Shown: piece by piece, positions 40,175-53,549 of the stretch
How the letters are laid out: each line of letters opens with the position of its first letter
How positions within the stretch are numbered: the first letter of the stretch is position 1
NCBI RefSeq assembly: GCF_006345805.1
Contig: NC_042997.1
Span: forward strand, 186,000,001 to 186,064,000
From: Octopus sinensis
Taxonomy: Eukaryota
Direction: 5' to 3'
DNA length: 64,000 nucleotides
The notes under the pieces: generated by a model
Databases searched by the model: none
Seen by the model: the letters and a program-made list of their open reading frames with translations, nothing else
Told to the model about the DNA's origin: nothing
Translations under genes and position numbers: made by a program

Positions 40175-40351
40175 CAGTGGTTCTTAACCATCTTATACCT
40201 GTGAGCACATTTGATTCCTATTTTAGAATTTTTAATTGTTAGAATATGTTACGTATTTTAGATGTATAACTAATTTATTGCCCTTAAACTTTAACAACAA
40301 ATTCATATATGGACCCCTAAAGGTGATACAGACCCCGGTTGAGAACATCTG
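40175..40351. mobile_element. Short hAT (Charlie-like) MITE
   Basis: Termini CAGTGGTTCTTAACC / GGTTGAGAACATCTG; 8-bp TSD ATCTACAT/ATCTACAC; related to 34980-35942. Confidence 0.8.
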
Positions 40352-40870
40352 ATCTACACAGTTACTTGAATTTTCAGAATAGGCAGCCAAATCTCTCTCA
40401 ACTCACACCTACCGATTTAGAATTTTTTGTACGACATAAACTTTGATGTATGACAAACATACTATTTGGTAACGATTAAAACACTTTTCATCATAGATCT
40501 ATCTCATTAGAACGAACCCTGGACTCAAGAAAACCAACTATATCATAGCAATATCTTCAACAATAACTACGACAGCGTGTGTCATGGTGACATAAGCATA
40601 TACACAGGGCAAGGGTTTTCAAAGATGTTATGGCTCTTTGGAAATACAGATGCATTCCATTAGATTGACTTTGATATTGTTTCCTTCCGTTCACTCAGCT
40701 TAGATCAAACCATGCCTCCTGCAGAAAGACACTTGTCCAACTTAATACTCAGAGAGATGAAAACAAGAACTTCAACAACAAGATTAACAGCAGGAATCTC
40801 CAGAACAGTAGCAATAACAACAAAACAACAATGAAACAGAAACAACAAATAACTAAGATTAAAATCATTA

Positions 40871-41275
40871 GGAGCAGGAGTGGCTGTGTGGTAAGTAGCT
40901 TGCTTACCAACCACATGGTTCTGTGTTCAGTCCCATCGCGTGGCACCCTGGGCAAGTGTCTTCTACTATAGCTTCGGGCCAACCAAAGCCTTCTGAGTGG
41001 GTTTAGTAAAACGGAAACTGAAAGAAGCCCGTCGTATATATGTATACATATATGTATGTGTGTGTATATGTTTAAGTGTCTGTGTTTGTCCCCCTAACAT
41101 CGCTTGACAACCGATACTGGTGTGTTTACGTTCCCGTAAATTAGCGGTTCGGCCAAAGAGACCGATAGAATAAGTACTAGGCTTACAAAGAATAAGTCCT
41201 GGGGTCGGTTTGAATCGACTAAAGGCGGTGCTCCAGCATGGTCGCAGTCAAATGGCTGAAACAAATAAAGAGTAA
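40871..41275 (+). mobile_element. SINE family A
   Basis: Consensus match. Confidence 0.92.
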
Positions 41276-41684
41276 AATAACAGATAACGTGAGAATTTAT
41301 CCCTGGTTATTCGATTTGCCAGAAATAACAGACAAATCTCTCTCAAATCATACACACACAAAAAAGAGAGGGAACACATTGGCTTATGTTGTTCGGAGTA
41401 CCGTATACCTGGAAAAATAAGACGGTATAGTCATGGTTGGATTATTATTGATCATAGGTTTACTTCATCAGAACCAACTTACAAGGGTAGCAATAATGTC
41501 GTCGTCAAAGTAATACACTTTTCCCCTGGCGTAAATGCTGTAGTTCCTTGTTGTTGTAATCGTCGCCATTGTTGTTTATGCTGCTGTCTTCTTCTTCTTC
41601 TTCTTCTTCTTCTTCTTCTTCTTCTTCTTCTTCTTCTCTTCCAATCAGAACTTACGCCAATAGCCACAAACAATAATCTCTTAT

Positions 41685-41880
41685 TCGGGCCTACTCTAAG
41701 CTACTAAGAATGCGTGTGGCAACTTGGAAGATCCACCCACCACACGCGATAGACTGGCGGTTGCACGGGCGCGAAAGCTACGTTGTTATCCTCATTCCGT
41801 AAACGGTGGCTTTTAACGGGTGGAGAGCTGAACCATCCTGGGGTACAGAGGATTCGCAATCTAGACTTGGGTCTGAAAGT
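41685..41880 (+). pseudogene. Possible decayed RTE-like LINE C-terminal fragment
   Basis: Translates RAYSKLLRMRVATWKIHP, reminiscent of the RTE-clade AYTRMLRM...SW..HP segment; short and degenerate. Confidence 0.3.
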
Positions 41881-41929
41881 TTACCACACCATAGTGGGTT
41901 ACACCATGGTTCCTCTGCTATATGGCAGA

Positions 41930-42115
41930 AGTAGGAAGAAAGAGTGAGAGAAAGTTGTGGTGAAAGAGTACAGCGAGGTCCACCCTCGGCCGGAGCTTCG
42001 TGGAACTTAGGTGCTTTTGCTCAATAAACACTCACAATGCCCGGTTTGGGAATCGAAACCGCGTTCTTACGACTGCGAGTCCGCTGCCCTAACCACTGGG
42101 CCATTGTGCCTCCAC
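41930..42115 (-). mobile_element. SINE family C, 5' part
   Basis: GGAGGCACAATGGCCCAGTGGTTAGGGCAGCGG head on the minus strand. Confidence 0.88.
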
Positions 42116-43057
42116 TTATGCTGTTGTTATTCTCATCGTCGTTGTTGGTGCTGCTGCCTTTGTTACTGTTGTTACTGCCGTTGACCTCGTTGCTATTGTT
42201 GTTGTTGATGATGATGATGATGATGATGATGATGCTCTTGTTCTTGCTGTTGCCGTCGTAGTCGTCGATATTATTGTTGCAGTCGTTATTGTGTTTGTTA
42301 CTGTTCATGTCCTCGTTGTCGGTATAGTTGTTGTTGTTGTCATCATCGTCGTCGTCGTCGTCGCTGCTGCTGCTGCTAATTGTTATTCAGCGAGCACGAC
42401 TCACCGTTGCAAATGGTGGACCTGAATCGAAGAACAACAACACTTCCGCAAACGAATCCAATCGTCGTTTTACACCCAGCCAACCAACCAACCAACCAAC
42501 CAACCAACCAGCCAGCCAACCACCCACCCTCGTTCCATACCCCGCCCCCATCACGTCCTACCAAGACACCCCCCCCATCTTCCCCCATCTCTTTCTACTA
42601 TACTCATAACGCCGACCCTCCCCGAACGGCTGCAACAACCATCTCCAGAACCTCCTTATATATTGTCTCCTTATCTCCTCATCTCCTCATCTCTATTTTT
42701 TTTATCCCCTCTTGGACACGCCCATCTTACGTTTCCTGTCGTCCTCAATAAATCTTGATTGTTCACACATAGACACAGTCGCCAATACACTTGCAGACAT
42801 GTGATTACAGTACATGCGACGGATATGTGACATTTATGAAGACTATACACATGTACAGTCATATACAGTCATCCGTTACCAAAACGACACCACCACCACC
42901 ACCACCACCACCACCACCACCACCACGCACATATGCATATGCATGCACACGCGCACGACGCACATATATATAATTCATATAGATATGAATGTACACATAT
43001 ACACATATCTAAGCGTATATAAAGCTAGATCACACGCACACACACACACACACACAT

Positions 43058-43107
<50 letters not shown>

Positions 43108-43582
43108 CACACACACACACATACATATATGAATGAAGAGTTCTTTGTATTGCCTGTCTCGTTTCTCATTTTGTTCATGTTTTTTATGTACTGTACCCAT
43201 GTATGCATGTATATATACGTATATATGTAGGCATGTACATGTATGTGTGTATATATGCATTCAGCCGAAATTGCTAAGATGATCTGGTTCTTGACTGATG
43301 ACTGAGGGCTTCGAATGTCCCGTCCTGTGGTTCTTGTGTCGTCTCTGTGGTGTTTCATGTTCTTGTCCATGTCTGTAATTATTTTTACTGTTTACCTATA
43401 TATATATATATATATATATTGATCGAACGCCACGCATCTATTTCCAAGTAAGTTTTATCTTAATAATTCCGATGCGTACTCTACAACCTATCTTTATTCT
43501 ATCTCCCCCCTCTTGTTCTTCTTTCTTTCTGTTTTTCTCTCCCACTCTTTCTCTAATTCTTCTCCTCTCCCCTTCACCGTTG

Positions 43583-43616
<34 letters not shown>

Positions 43617-43767
43617 ACTCTTCCTTAACTCTCTCGCTCACACGTGACCAACGGCTATCTGTCTTTCAATCTTCCACTTCCTTCCTAAAGATAGGACGTG
43701 ATTTTGCTTGTCTCTTCTCAAAGCTCTCCTTGAGCAAAAATCTGAAATCAGTACATGTCCAGTCTAA

Positions 43768-44835
43768 GGCGGTGAGCTGGCAGAAACGTTAGCACGCCGG
43801 GCGAAATGCTAAGCGGTATTTCGTTTGCCGTTACGTTCTGAGTTCAAATTCCGCCGAAGTCGATTAAATAAGAACCAGTTACGCACTGGGATCGATATAA
43901 TCGACTTAACCCCTTCGTCTGTCCTTGTTTGTCCCCTCTGTGTGTAGCCCCTTGTAGGCAGTAAAGAAATAAGAAACGTTAGCAGGCCGGGCGAAATACT
44001 TAGCAGTATTTCGTCTGCCGCTACGTTCTGAGTTCAAATTCCGCCGAAGTTGACTGCCTTTCATCCTTTCGGGATCGATTAAATAAGTACCTGTTACACA
44101 CCGGGGTCGATGTAATCGACTTCATCCGTTTGACTGTCCTTGTTTGTCCTCTCTGTGTTTAGCCCCTTGTGGGTAGTAAAGAAATAGGTATTTCGTCTGT
44201 CTTTACTTTTTGAGTTCAAACTCCGCCGAGGACGACTTTGCCTTTCATCCTTTCGGGATTGATAAATAAGTACAAGCTGCGTACTGGGGTCTATCTAATC
44301 GACTTCCCCTCTCCCAAAATTTCAGGTCTTGAGCCTAGAATAGAAAAGAATCGTCAGTATTCCGGAAAAAATGCTTAGAGGTATAGCGTCGGTCTTTACA
44401 TTCTGAGTTCAAATTTCGGGGTCAATAAAATAACTACCAGTTGCACACTGGGGATTGATGTAACCGACTAACCGCCTACACCAATATTTCAGGCCTTATG
44501 TCTAAAGTAGAAAGAAATATTTATATAGGAACAGAAGGCAGCGAGCTGGCAGTATCGTTAGCATGCCGTGCAAAATGCTTAGCGGCATTTCGTCCGCCTT
44601 TACGTTCTGAGTTCAAATTCCACCGAGGTCGATTCTGCCTTTCATCCTTTCGGGGTCGACAAATTGCGTACCAGTTGCGTACTGGGGTCGATCTAATCGA
44701 CTGGCTTCCTTCCAAAAATTTCTGACCTTTTGCCTAGAGTAGAAAAGAAATAAGTACCATTTAAACATTGAAGTCGATCTAATCGACTTATCCTCTTCCA
44801 CGGAATTGCTAGCCTTGTACCGAAATTTGAAATCA
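43768..44835 (+). mobile_element. SINE family B multimer cluster (about 6 partial units)
   Basis: Repeated TTCTGAGTTCAAAT...GGGGTCGAT units with alternating tail types. Confidence 0.9.
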
Positions 44836-45294
44836 ATATATCCTGTCTATTACACGGCATCCTTTACTCTTAAAACACAAATACATATCAAAGTGTGCTG
44901 TATTCTCACCAGCGAGATAAATGCAAGTCTATAGTTAGAACAACAGATATTGACATTGAGGGCAGTACTGAATGGTTCTGTCGACTAGCTGCTTGCTGTA
45001 TGTCTGCTCAAGCACCGTTGGTCTAGTGTTAACAACAACAACAACGTCAACAACAGAAGCGGCGTTCAGACAGTTGTAAAGTACACAGTGCATACACAAA
45101 TACACACGCACACATACGTATTTACAAATACAAAGACAAGCACACGTAGACAGACAAATAATCTGATACACGTATATACATTCGATACATACATCTCAGC
45201 TGCTCTTCACACATTTAAATTCTATAATCAGATTGTCAAATAAATAGATAGACGGTCTGTCTCTCAATGCCTCTCCTCATCTTCTTTCTGCATC

Positions 45295-45343
<49 letters not shown>

Positions 45344-45579
45344 CCATCTCTACTCTCTGTCCCCCTCTCTCTCTCTCTCCTTCATTTTCTCACCTCCCTT
45401 CTCTCGTACACATATACATACAGAGAGGCAGGCGCAAGCGGACGCACTTTCACACATTTCAGCTGTCTAAAGTCTTCAAGACAACTGCCATCACCTAGAA
45501 ACTACAGTGCAACGTTGGTTGTGTGTGGAGGAAGGAAAGAGGGCGTGGGGGAAGAAAACAGAGAAAAATGATAAAGGTG

Positions 45580-45581
45580 GC

Positions 45582-45640
<59 letters not shown>

Positions 45641-45797
45641 CGATGATGATGAAGACGACGGTGGTAATGATGATGATGATGGTGGTGATGATGATGATTA
45701 TGATGAGGATGATGATGATGACGATGATGATGAAGACGACGGTGGTAATGGTGATGGTGGTGGTGGTGATGATGAAGATGATGAGGAGGATGATGAG
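45580..45797. repeat. (GAT)n compound trinucleotide repeat
   Basis: Directly visible; source of the poly-D, poly-M and poly-H ORFs. Confidence 0.95.
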
Positions 45798-45920
45798 TAA
45801 GAACAGAGATGGGGGTGAGAAAGCGAGGTTGAGTAAAATGATATAGTTTATAAAACACAATATATATAGTAAAAATGAAGGAAAAAGGTGAAACTATAGA
45901 GAAAAAAGTGAATACGAGCA

Positions 45921-45970
<50 letters not shown>

Positions 45971-46115
45971 TGGTGTGTGTGTGTGTGTGTGTGTGTGATG
46001 TTGTTCTGTAGAAAAATAAAACGGGAAGAAGCTAAACGGACAGAAGCAACAATAACAGTCAAAGAAGAATAACAACAAAATCAAAAACGCCAGAAGGAAA
46101 GAAACAAATAAAATA

Positions 46116-46155
<40 letters not shown>

Positions 46156-46496
46156 GATGGTGGTGGTGGTGGTCATGATGATGTTGATGATGATGACGAT
46201 TACGATGGGGAGGAGGAGGGAAAGAAGTATAGGAGAATGAGGAGGAGGAGAGGAGGAGGAGGAAGGGCACGGTGGATGAAATAGATATTAAACTATATAA
46301 TTACACTTCTGTATGTCTAAGGCTTATACAGTGTTCGACTCTGTGCTTATAAATGTGTTGTATATTCGTAAACCATGGGACTTACTCATCTCCAAAGGAA
46401 AAATGAATTTTGATATTTTTTTGCGGTGTGGGGTGGGGTGGATTTTGTGGTTATAGTCACTGTCTACAATTTTGCTCGAATTGTTTATCAAGTTAC

Positions 46497-46699
46497 TTAC
46501 TCTTTTACTTGTTTCAGTCATTTGACTGCGGCCATGCTGGAGCACCGCCTTTTAGTCGAGCAAATCGATCCCAGGACTTATTCTTTATAGGCCTAGTACT
46601 TATTCTATCAGTCTCATTTGCCGAACCGCTAAGTTACGGGGACGTAAACACACCAGCATCGGTTGTCAAGCGATGTTTGGGGGAGGGGGACAAACACAG

Positions 46700-46764
<65 letters not shown>

Positions 46765-46933
46765 TATACGACGGGTTTCTTTTCAGTTTCCGTCTACTAA
46801 ATCCACTCACAAGGCTTTGGTCGGCCCGAGGCTATAGTAGAAGACACTTGCCCGAGGTGCCACGCAGTGGGACTGAACCCGGAACCATGTGGTTGGTAAG
46901 CAAGCTACTTACCACACAGCCACTTCTGCGCCT
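46497..46933 (-). mobile_element. SINE family A
   Basis: Consensus match. Confidence 0.93.
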
Positions 46934-47326
46934 TAAGTTTTGTATACTAATTATGTAAATAAAATTCATTTTCCCATAATTAAAAAGTTCCTAGCCTTTA
47001 AAATTTGCAAAATTAGAGAGTATTTTACACATCACCGTCAAGTTCTGTTAGCACCACGTGTTCCATAGCTGATTGCGAAGAACTTTGTTTCCATAGTAAT
47101 TAAAAATACTGCGCATACGCACAAGAGTGTAACCACAAAATTGAGTGTAATCAACAAATTCAGACTATCTGGGCATTTTTATAGAGTGAAAACAAACGCC
47201 GGTGTGGGACACACCGTTCCATCGTTGACTCTTATCTTTTTGAATTTATGTGGAGGAGATGTGAGAAAGATAATTTATTATATAAAATCCTTGAGATTTT
47301 TAAACTGATAAATATATGTTTTAAAC

Positions 47327-47543
47327 AATGTTTTGACTGTTATTTCTAGCAACTCCTGTTGGTTTACTCGTAGCTTTTAAATGTTTAATTTGCTCGCGAA
47401 TGTTTTAATGTTTTTCACTGTTTACTTTGCTCGTGTATATTTTAATGTTTTGACTGTTATTTCTAGCAACTACTGTTGGTTTGCCTGTAGCTTTTAAATA
47501 TTTAATTTGCTCCGAATCTTTTAATGTTTTTTACTCTTTACTG
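47327..47543. repeat. Tandem duplication of a ~100-bp unit
   Basis: AATGTTTTGACTGTTATTTCTAGCAACT...GTAGCTTTTAAAT at about 47327 and 47444. Confidence 0.85.
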
Positions 47544-47764
47544 AAGCTAGCTTAATTTTTTGATATGCCGATGCCCCACTCCACCTCATCTTTCTTGTTA
47601 CTGTGACAGATGATGGAAGAGGCAGCGAAAGCCTTGCTTTCTGATTGGTTGAAAATTCTGTAGGTTATCAAATTTGAATACCTGTAATATTTTCGCAAAA
47701 TTTTTCTGGAATAAATGAATAACAAATTTGTATTCGGTGTCAAAACTTACATCCATTGTTATAA

Positions 47765-48178
47765 GCGTAGGAGTGGCTGTATGGTAAGTAGCTTGCTTAC
47801 CAACCACATGGTTCCGGGTTCAGTCCCACTGCGTGGCACATTTGGCAAATGTCTTCCACTATACCTTCGGGCTGACCAAAGCCTTGTCAGTGAGGTAGTG
47901 AGTTCGATACCCGGACCGGGCTGTATGTTGTGTTCTTGAACAAGACACTTCATTTCACGTTGCTCAGCTGTAGAGACGAGCTGCAACGTCACTGTTGCCA
48001 AGCTGTATCGGCCTTTGCCTTTCTCTTGGATAACATCAGTGGCGTGAAGGAGGTGGCAGGTAGGCATGTGCGACTGCTGGTCTTTAATAAACAACCTTGC
48101 CTGGACTTTGAGCCTCGAAGGTGAACTTTCTAGGTGCATTCCCATGGTCATTCGTGACCGAAGGAATTCTTTACCCTC
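47765..48178 (+). mobile_element. SINE A 5' part (47765-47893) fused to SINE D body
   Basis: Switch at CAGTGAGGTAGTGAGTTCG. Confidence 0.82.
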
Positions 48179-49088
48179 TACACTAACCTTCTTATAAGGA
48201 GCTTACAAAGAGCGGTTCTCATTTTTTGTACTACAGTAAACGACATTGAAAAAAATCAGAAGTTTGGTAAAAGTGTACATAAATTTCGTCCTCAAGTCCA
48301 GAGAGGACATCCTCCAAAAATGATGCAAATAAGATGGAAATGAAAACGGAATATTTATTTCTTTATTCCTTGGTTCTTGGGTACATAATAAGGGAACCAA
48401 GCAAGACTGGATTGATCCATGAGGTAATGTTTTTACACCTGTGTGTTTTATTTCGTTGACAAGTTCGCTCAATATCATTGCGTGTCATTTTCATTACTAT
48501 ATCTTTTGTAACACATGTGGTTCTCCTAATGGTCGCAACTATTTCAAGAGAGATAATCATTTGTTTATAATATTTGACTGGATTAGAAATTTGAATATGA
48601 AATGAATGAATTATAAAGTAAAAATGCATGGAACTGACAAATTTAATTAATTTTTTTCCCTGTAATTATTACGAAGTTCTTGAAGAATATCTTGTCGCTG
48701 ATAGTCATGTATCGCACGATTTCATTCATTGGAAAAATTGCCAGCATGACATATCGTGTGACTTATTAATTAGACATTTTATGAAACGAGACATTTCATT
48801 AAAGACAAAAATAATTACCGTCTGGAGGAAGTTTATGAAATGTGCGATTGTTTCTTTTTCTTCACAGAACTTTGGTAGTTAGGACTCGAAAGAGAAGAGA
48901 GAAAGTTCTTAGCGTTGACATACAGGATAATTACTGTTTCCAGGGAATATTGTCTTGTGAAAATGTCTCATAATAACTAATAATTTTAGTTTTTGCCTAC
49001 AAACAACATTGCAAACCGTTTTCCGATATAATCGTTGGGGTGTAAACATTTGCTCCAAGCTACTATTTCATAATATAACCCTTCATAT

Positions 49089-49345
49089 GTGGAGGCGCAA
49101 TAGCCCAGTGGTTAGGGCAGCGTTGTGTGTGTTTATTGAACGAAAACACCTAAAAAAGCTCTACGCGGCTCCGTGTCGACCCCTGTTGTACTATTTCGCC
49201 ACAACTTTCTCTCACTCTCTCTTCCTGTTTCTTGAGTAACGCTGCGATGGACTGGCGTCCCGTCCAGCTGGGGAACACATACGCTACAGAAACCAGAAAT
49301 TCAGACCCATGAGCCTGGCTAAGCTTGAAAAGGGGCGAAAAAACC
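49089..49345 (+). mobile_element. SINE family C (deleted in tRNA region)
   Basis: Head GGAGGCGCAATAGCCCAGTGG; tail shared with 26203-26505; CTTCATAT flanks. Confidence 0.85.
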
Positions 49346-49815
49346 GCTTCATATATGTAGTGGAACAGGTATCTATTTGTAAATACAACGCCTTGACCAT
49401 CGACCACAGTCTAAAAAGATTTACGTTTTGTGTAAATTGGGCTTCAGTGTTAGAGCTACAATTTTAAGTGGCTAATAAAGGGTTAGAGAAGCTGAATAAC
49501 TGTGCGGAAAGGTATGACTATTATGTCATCCAGGTATGAAGCTGTGTATATATTTGAAAAATGCATGGAAGATTGCCGAGGTATATGTTAAAAATAGTAG
49601 GATAGAAGATAGATATTTGTGGTTCTCAATTCGGGGCGTTGCGGATTTAAAATGTTTATTACCTAGGCTTGTCGACCTGAGAGATAATCAGCAACCAACT
49701 TTGCGTGATTTTTCATGTAATGTATACTTTATTTATCAATGGGGAGCGGAAACACTATGTCCATAGCTGTTAGAACAGTGTCTGTACATATGTTTGCGTG
49801 GGGTGGTTTATAATA

Positions 49816-50309
49816 CCGTAAATCCTCGAGTATAGTCCGCCCTTGAGTATAAAACACAGGGGATTTTTAGGGGGCTCTACCTCTGAAAAACCTAAACTTT
49901 GTGTATAATACGCACCCCTTCTCTAACTTGAGTCAAGGAGGTCTATATAACGTCCTTGGTTTGTAAAACTGTATATGGTAATGTCCTTTATTATTATTGT
50001 ATTTATAACATGATGCAAACGTGTAGCGTTTTTGTGCATTTTGTTTGCAAAGAAATAACAGTAATAACGTTTAATAAATGTTGCTTACTGCAAGTTATGG
50101 ATGATTCTTTTATGACTTCATTGCTTTCAGGCTTAGCTTAAGGTATCTTCGTGCCCGACATCACAAAATGAGTCTGAATAAACATTGCTGGACAGCAAAT
50201 AGAGACTCGGACATTTCTTAGAAAATAATTTTCATTTTTAACCTCGGACTAGGGATTTTGACCTTTAAATTTTGGGGGGGAAATGCTGATTATACTCGAG
50301 GATTTACGG
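49816..50309. mobile_element. Tc1/mariner superfamily (Tc2/pogo-like) MITE
   Basis: Perfect 19-bp TIRs CCGTAAATCCTCGAGTATA / TATACTCGAGGATTTACGG with TA on both sides. Confidence 0.9.
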
Positions 50310-51112
50310 TATTTTTATTAAGGTTTATGAGTGTAGCCGTCTCTGAATCTACGCTTTGATTAAGTGAGGAAAATGTGTGATTTAGTTATATCAAAGATGA
50401 GCATTTCTAAAACTATTTATTAGTATTAGAGTGTTAGGACCGTCTGATGCTTCTGCACTTAGATATTTGTTCGGCTTTAAAACTGTTATGATTTTGACCA
50501 GCTTCCAGATTCTGGAGATTTGGTAGTGTTAGCACGAGTTGTCAAAGTTGGCAGGTAGAGTGTTTTCTTCTGGCCTGCTAAACATATGATTATGATTTTA
50601 TCACGCTCTCAATGTTCCCTTCTTTCTTTCTTTCTTTCTTTCTTTTTTTCTCTCTTTCTTCCTTCCTTTGTTTCTTTCTTTCTTTTCTTTGGCCATAGTG
50701 TATCAAGTACTTCAATGTCCAAATTATCTTTCAGTTTTTAGTTTGGTTACATATCCAGCTAGTCAAATAATTACCCTAACTGTACAACTATGCATGTGTA
50801 TTTGTCAAGTCCTGAAGTTTGTGACTTAGGGATTGAATATTTCATAATCTCTTATCTGATGAAAAGGAGACGTCAAAGTCATGGTTGAGCTAGAAGGTGC
50901 ACCTTTTGCGTATTGTGTTAATTTTTGAGGGTGGTATTCCAAATAAGAGGCCCCTACGTTGTTATTCAACCTTCTGAAAAATAACGGCCAAATTTTTTTT
51001 AACTTTAAAAGGATCGAATATACAACAAACATCAATATAGCAAAGAGGCTCATTCCAGAAGTTATGAGACTTTTTAGGAAAAGCATTTATAACTGTTCTC
51101 TTTATTGTAATT

Positions 51113-51510
51113 AGCAGGAGTAAGTGTGTGGTAAGTAGCTTGCTTACCAACCACATGGTTCCGGGTACATTCCCACTGCGTGGAACCTTGGGCAAATGTC
51201 TCAGGCCAACCAAATTCTTCTGAGTGGATTTGGTAGACAGAAACTGATAGAAGCCCGTCGTATATACATGTATATATATGTATGTGTGTGTGTGTGTGTA
51301 CGTGTGTGTGTGTATGTGCGTCTGTGTTTGTACCCTCAAAATCGCTTGACAACCGATGGGGGTGTGTTTACGCCCACGTAAATTAGCGGTTCGGCGAAAA
51401 CGAAAAGGTACTAGGCTTACAAAGAATAAGTCCTGAGGTCGATTTGCTCGACTAAAGGCGGTGCTCCAGCATGGCTACAGTCAAATGACTGAAACAAGTA
51501 AGAAAGAGAA
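51113..51510 (+). mobile_element. SINE family A
   Basis: Consensus match with small deletions. Confidence 0.9.
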
Positions 51511-51718
51511 TATATTTAATAAGCTGGCCTCCCAACAATTGTTATTCCAGATGGGAAGAGACGTTTGTAACTGCACTTTGAAAACACGCTACTAAATACT
51601 GCTTGTCACAGTTGACTAGTTTGCAAAATGTAGTCAGGATTCCTCTCCTATACAGTGAGGATTATGATATATGGTGGTGGTGGTGGAGGAGGAACTATCA
51701 ATGATTGTGATAGTAGTA

Positions 51719-52302
51719 GGCGGCGAGCTGGCAGAATCGTTAGCAAGCCGGGCGAAATGCTTAGCGGTACTTCGTCTGCCGTTACGTTCTGAGTTCAAAT
51801 TCCACCGAGGTCGACTTTGCCTTTAATCCTTTCGGGGTCGATTAAATTAGTACCAGTTACGTATTGGGGTCGATATAATCGACTTAATCCGTTTGTCTGT
51901 CCTTGTTTGTCCTCCCTGTGTTTAGCCCCTTGTGGGTAGTAAAGAAACAGGTATTTCTTCTGCCGTTACGTTCTGACTTCAAATTCCGCCGAGGTCGACT
52001 TTGCCTTTCATCCTTTCGGGGTCGATTAAATAAGTACCAGTTATGCACTGGGGTCGATATAATCGACTTAATCCGTTTGTCTGTCCTTGTTTGTCCTCTC
52101 TGTGTTTAGCCCCTTGTGGGTAGTAAAGAAATAGGTATTTCGTCTGTCTTTACGTTCTGAGTTCAAATTCCGCCGAGGTTAGCTTTGCCTTTCATCCTTT
52201 CAAGGTCGATAAATTAAGTACCAGTTGCGTACTGGGTTGATCCAATCGACTGGCCCTCCCCACCCCAAAATTACGGGCCTTGTGCCTAGAGGAGAAAAGA
52301 AT
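51719..52302 (+). mobile_element. SINE family B trimer
   Basis: One head, two tail-type-1 units, then a final tail-type-2 unit. Confidence 0.92.
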
Positions 52303-53096
52303 ATATATCAGCGGGTAACATCATCATCGTCACTCCTGACACTCACACCCTCATGGCTATCACCATCAGTAACTCCTCACCACTACCACTATCACAATCA
52401 TTGATAGTTCCTCCACCATTCACCACCACCACCACCATCACCACCACCAGCTCCCCCACCACTACCACCACCACCACTACGAAGACAACCGACACCAACG
52501 TCACCATTGCTACAATTACAATTGCCACCCCTACCATTTTCACCATTCGCCACTACCATCCATACTAACGCCAATACCATCACCAACACAAACTAACATC
52601 ACCAACACCACTTTCCCTGCCACTATCAACATCTCAGCTTTTATCAATACCAACATTATCACCACCATCGCCATCAACGCAGCCACAGCCACCACCGACA
52701 ACACTCATCACCCTCGTCAACTCCGCCACCACCGCTTCCACCATATCAGACTCATACCGTCATAACTGCCACCCACACCACAACTACTACCGCTATTCTC
52801 ACACACAACACACACCTACAACCATTTCCATCACCTTTGCCCGCCCCATCATCCCAAACGCTCACAACCACCCAAGCCCCCATAATCATACCACCACCAC
52901 CACCACCACATCTACTGTTATCAACGCCCCCCCTTACTGTACAGTTGTGACTAACAAACATGGTTGTTTGTTGGAGGAAACTGAAACATTGCGCAATTTT
53001 TAATTTTCATTTTTTTAAAACTTTTCCTTTTATTACTATAATTATCATTATCTTTTTTTTTGCCTTATTTTAATTACAAAGATCCAATTACGCTTT

Positions 53097-53310
53097 TCCT
53101 CTTTTACTCTTTTACTTGTTTCAGTCATTTGACTCCGGCCATGCTGGGGCACCACCTTCTCAGTCGAGCAAATCGACCCCAGGACTTATTCTTTGTAAGC
53201 CTAGTACTTATTCTATCGGTCTCTTTTGCCGAACCGCTAAGTTACAGGGATGTAAACACACCAGCATCGGTTGTCAAGCGATGTTGGGAGGGACCAACAC
53301 AAATACACAA

Positions 53311-53348
<38 letters not shown>

Positions 53349-53549
53349 ACACACACACGCACACACACACATATATATATACACATATATACGACGGGCT
53401 TCTTTCAGTTGCCCGTTTACCAAATTCACTCACAAGGCTTTGGTCGGCCTGAGGCTATAGTAGAAGACACTTGCTCAAGGTGCCACGCAGTGGGACTGAA
53501 CCCGGAACCATGTGGTTCCTAAGCAAGCAACTTACCACACAGCCACTCC
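53097..53549 (-). mobile_element. SINE family A flanked by a ~99-bp direct duplication
   Basis: 52994-53092 is repeated at 53554-53652. Confidence 0.92.

Noticed and set aside
43768-44835. CRISPR-like regularly repeated motif
   Set aside because: The repeats are SINE units with homologous intervening sequence in eukaryotic DNA; no unique spacers or cas genes.
45495-46270. Poly-His, poly-Asp and poly-Met ORFs
   Set aside because: Translations of (GAT)n repeats, open in several frames on both strands, with no domain.
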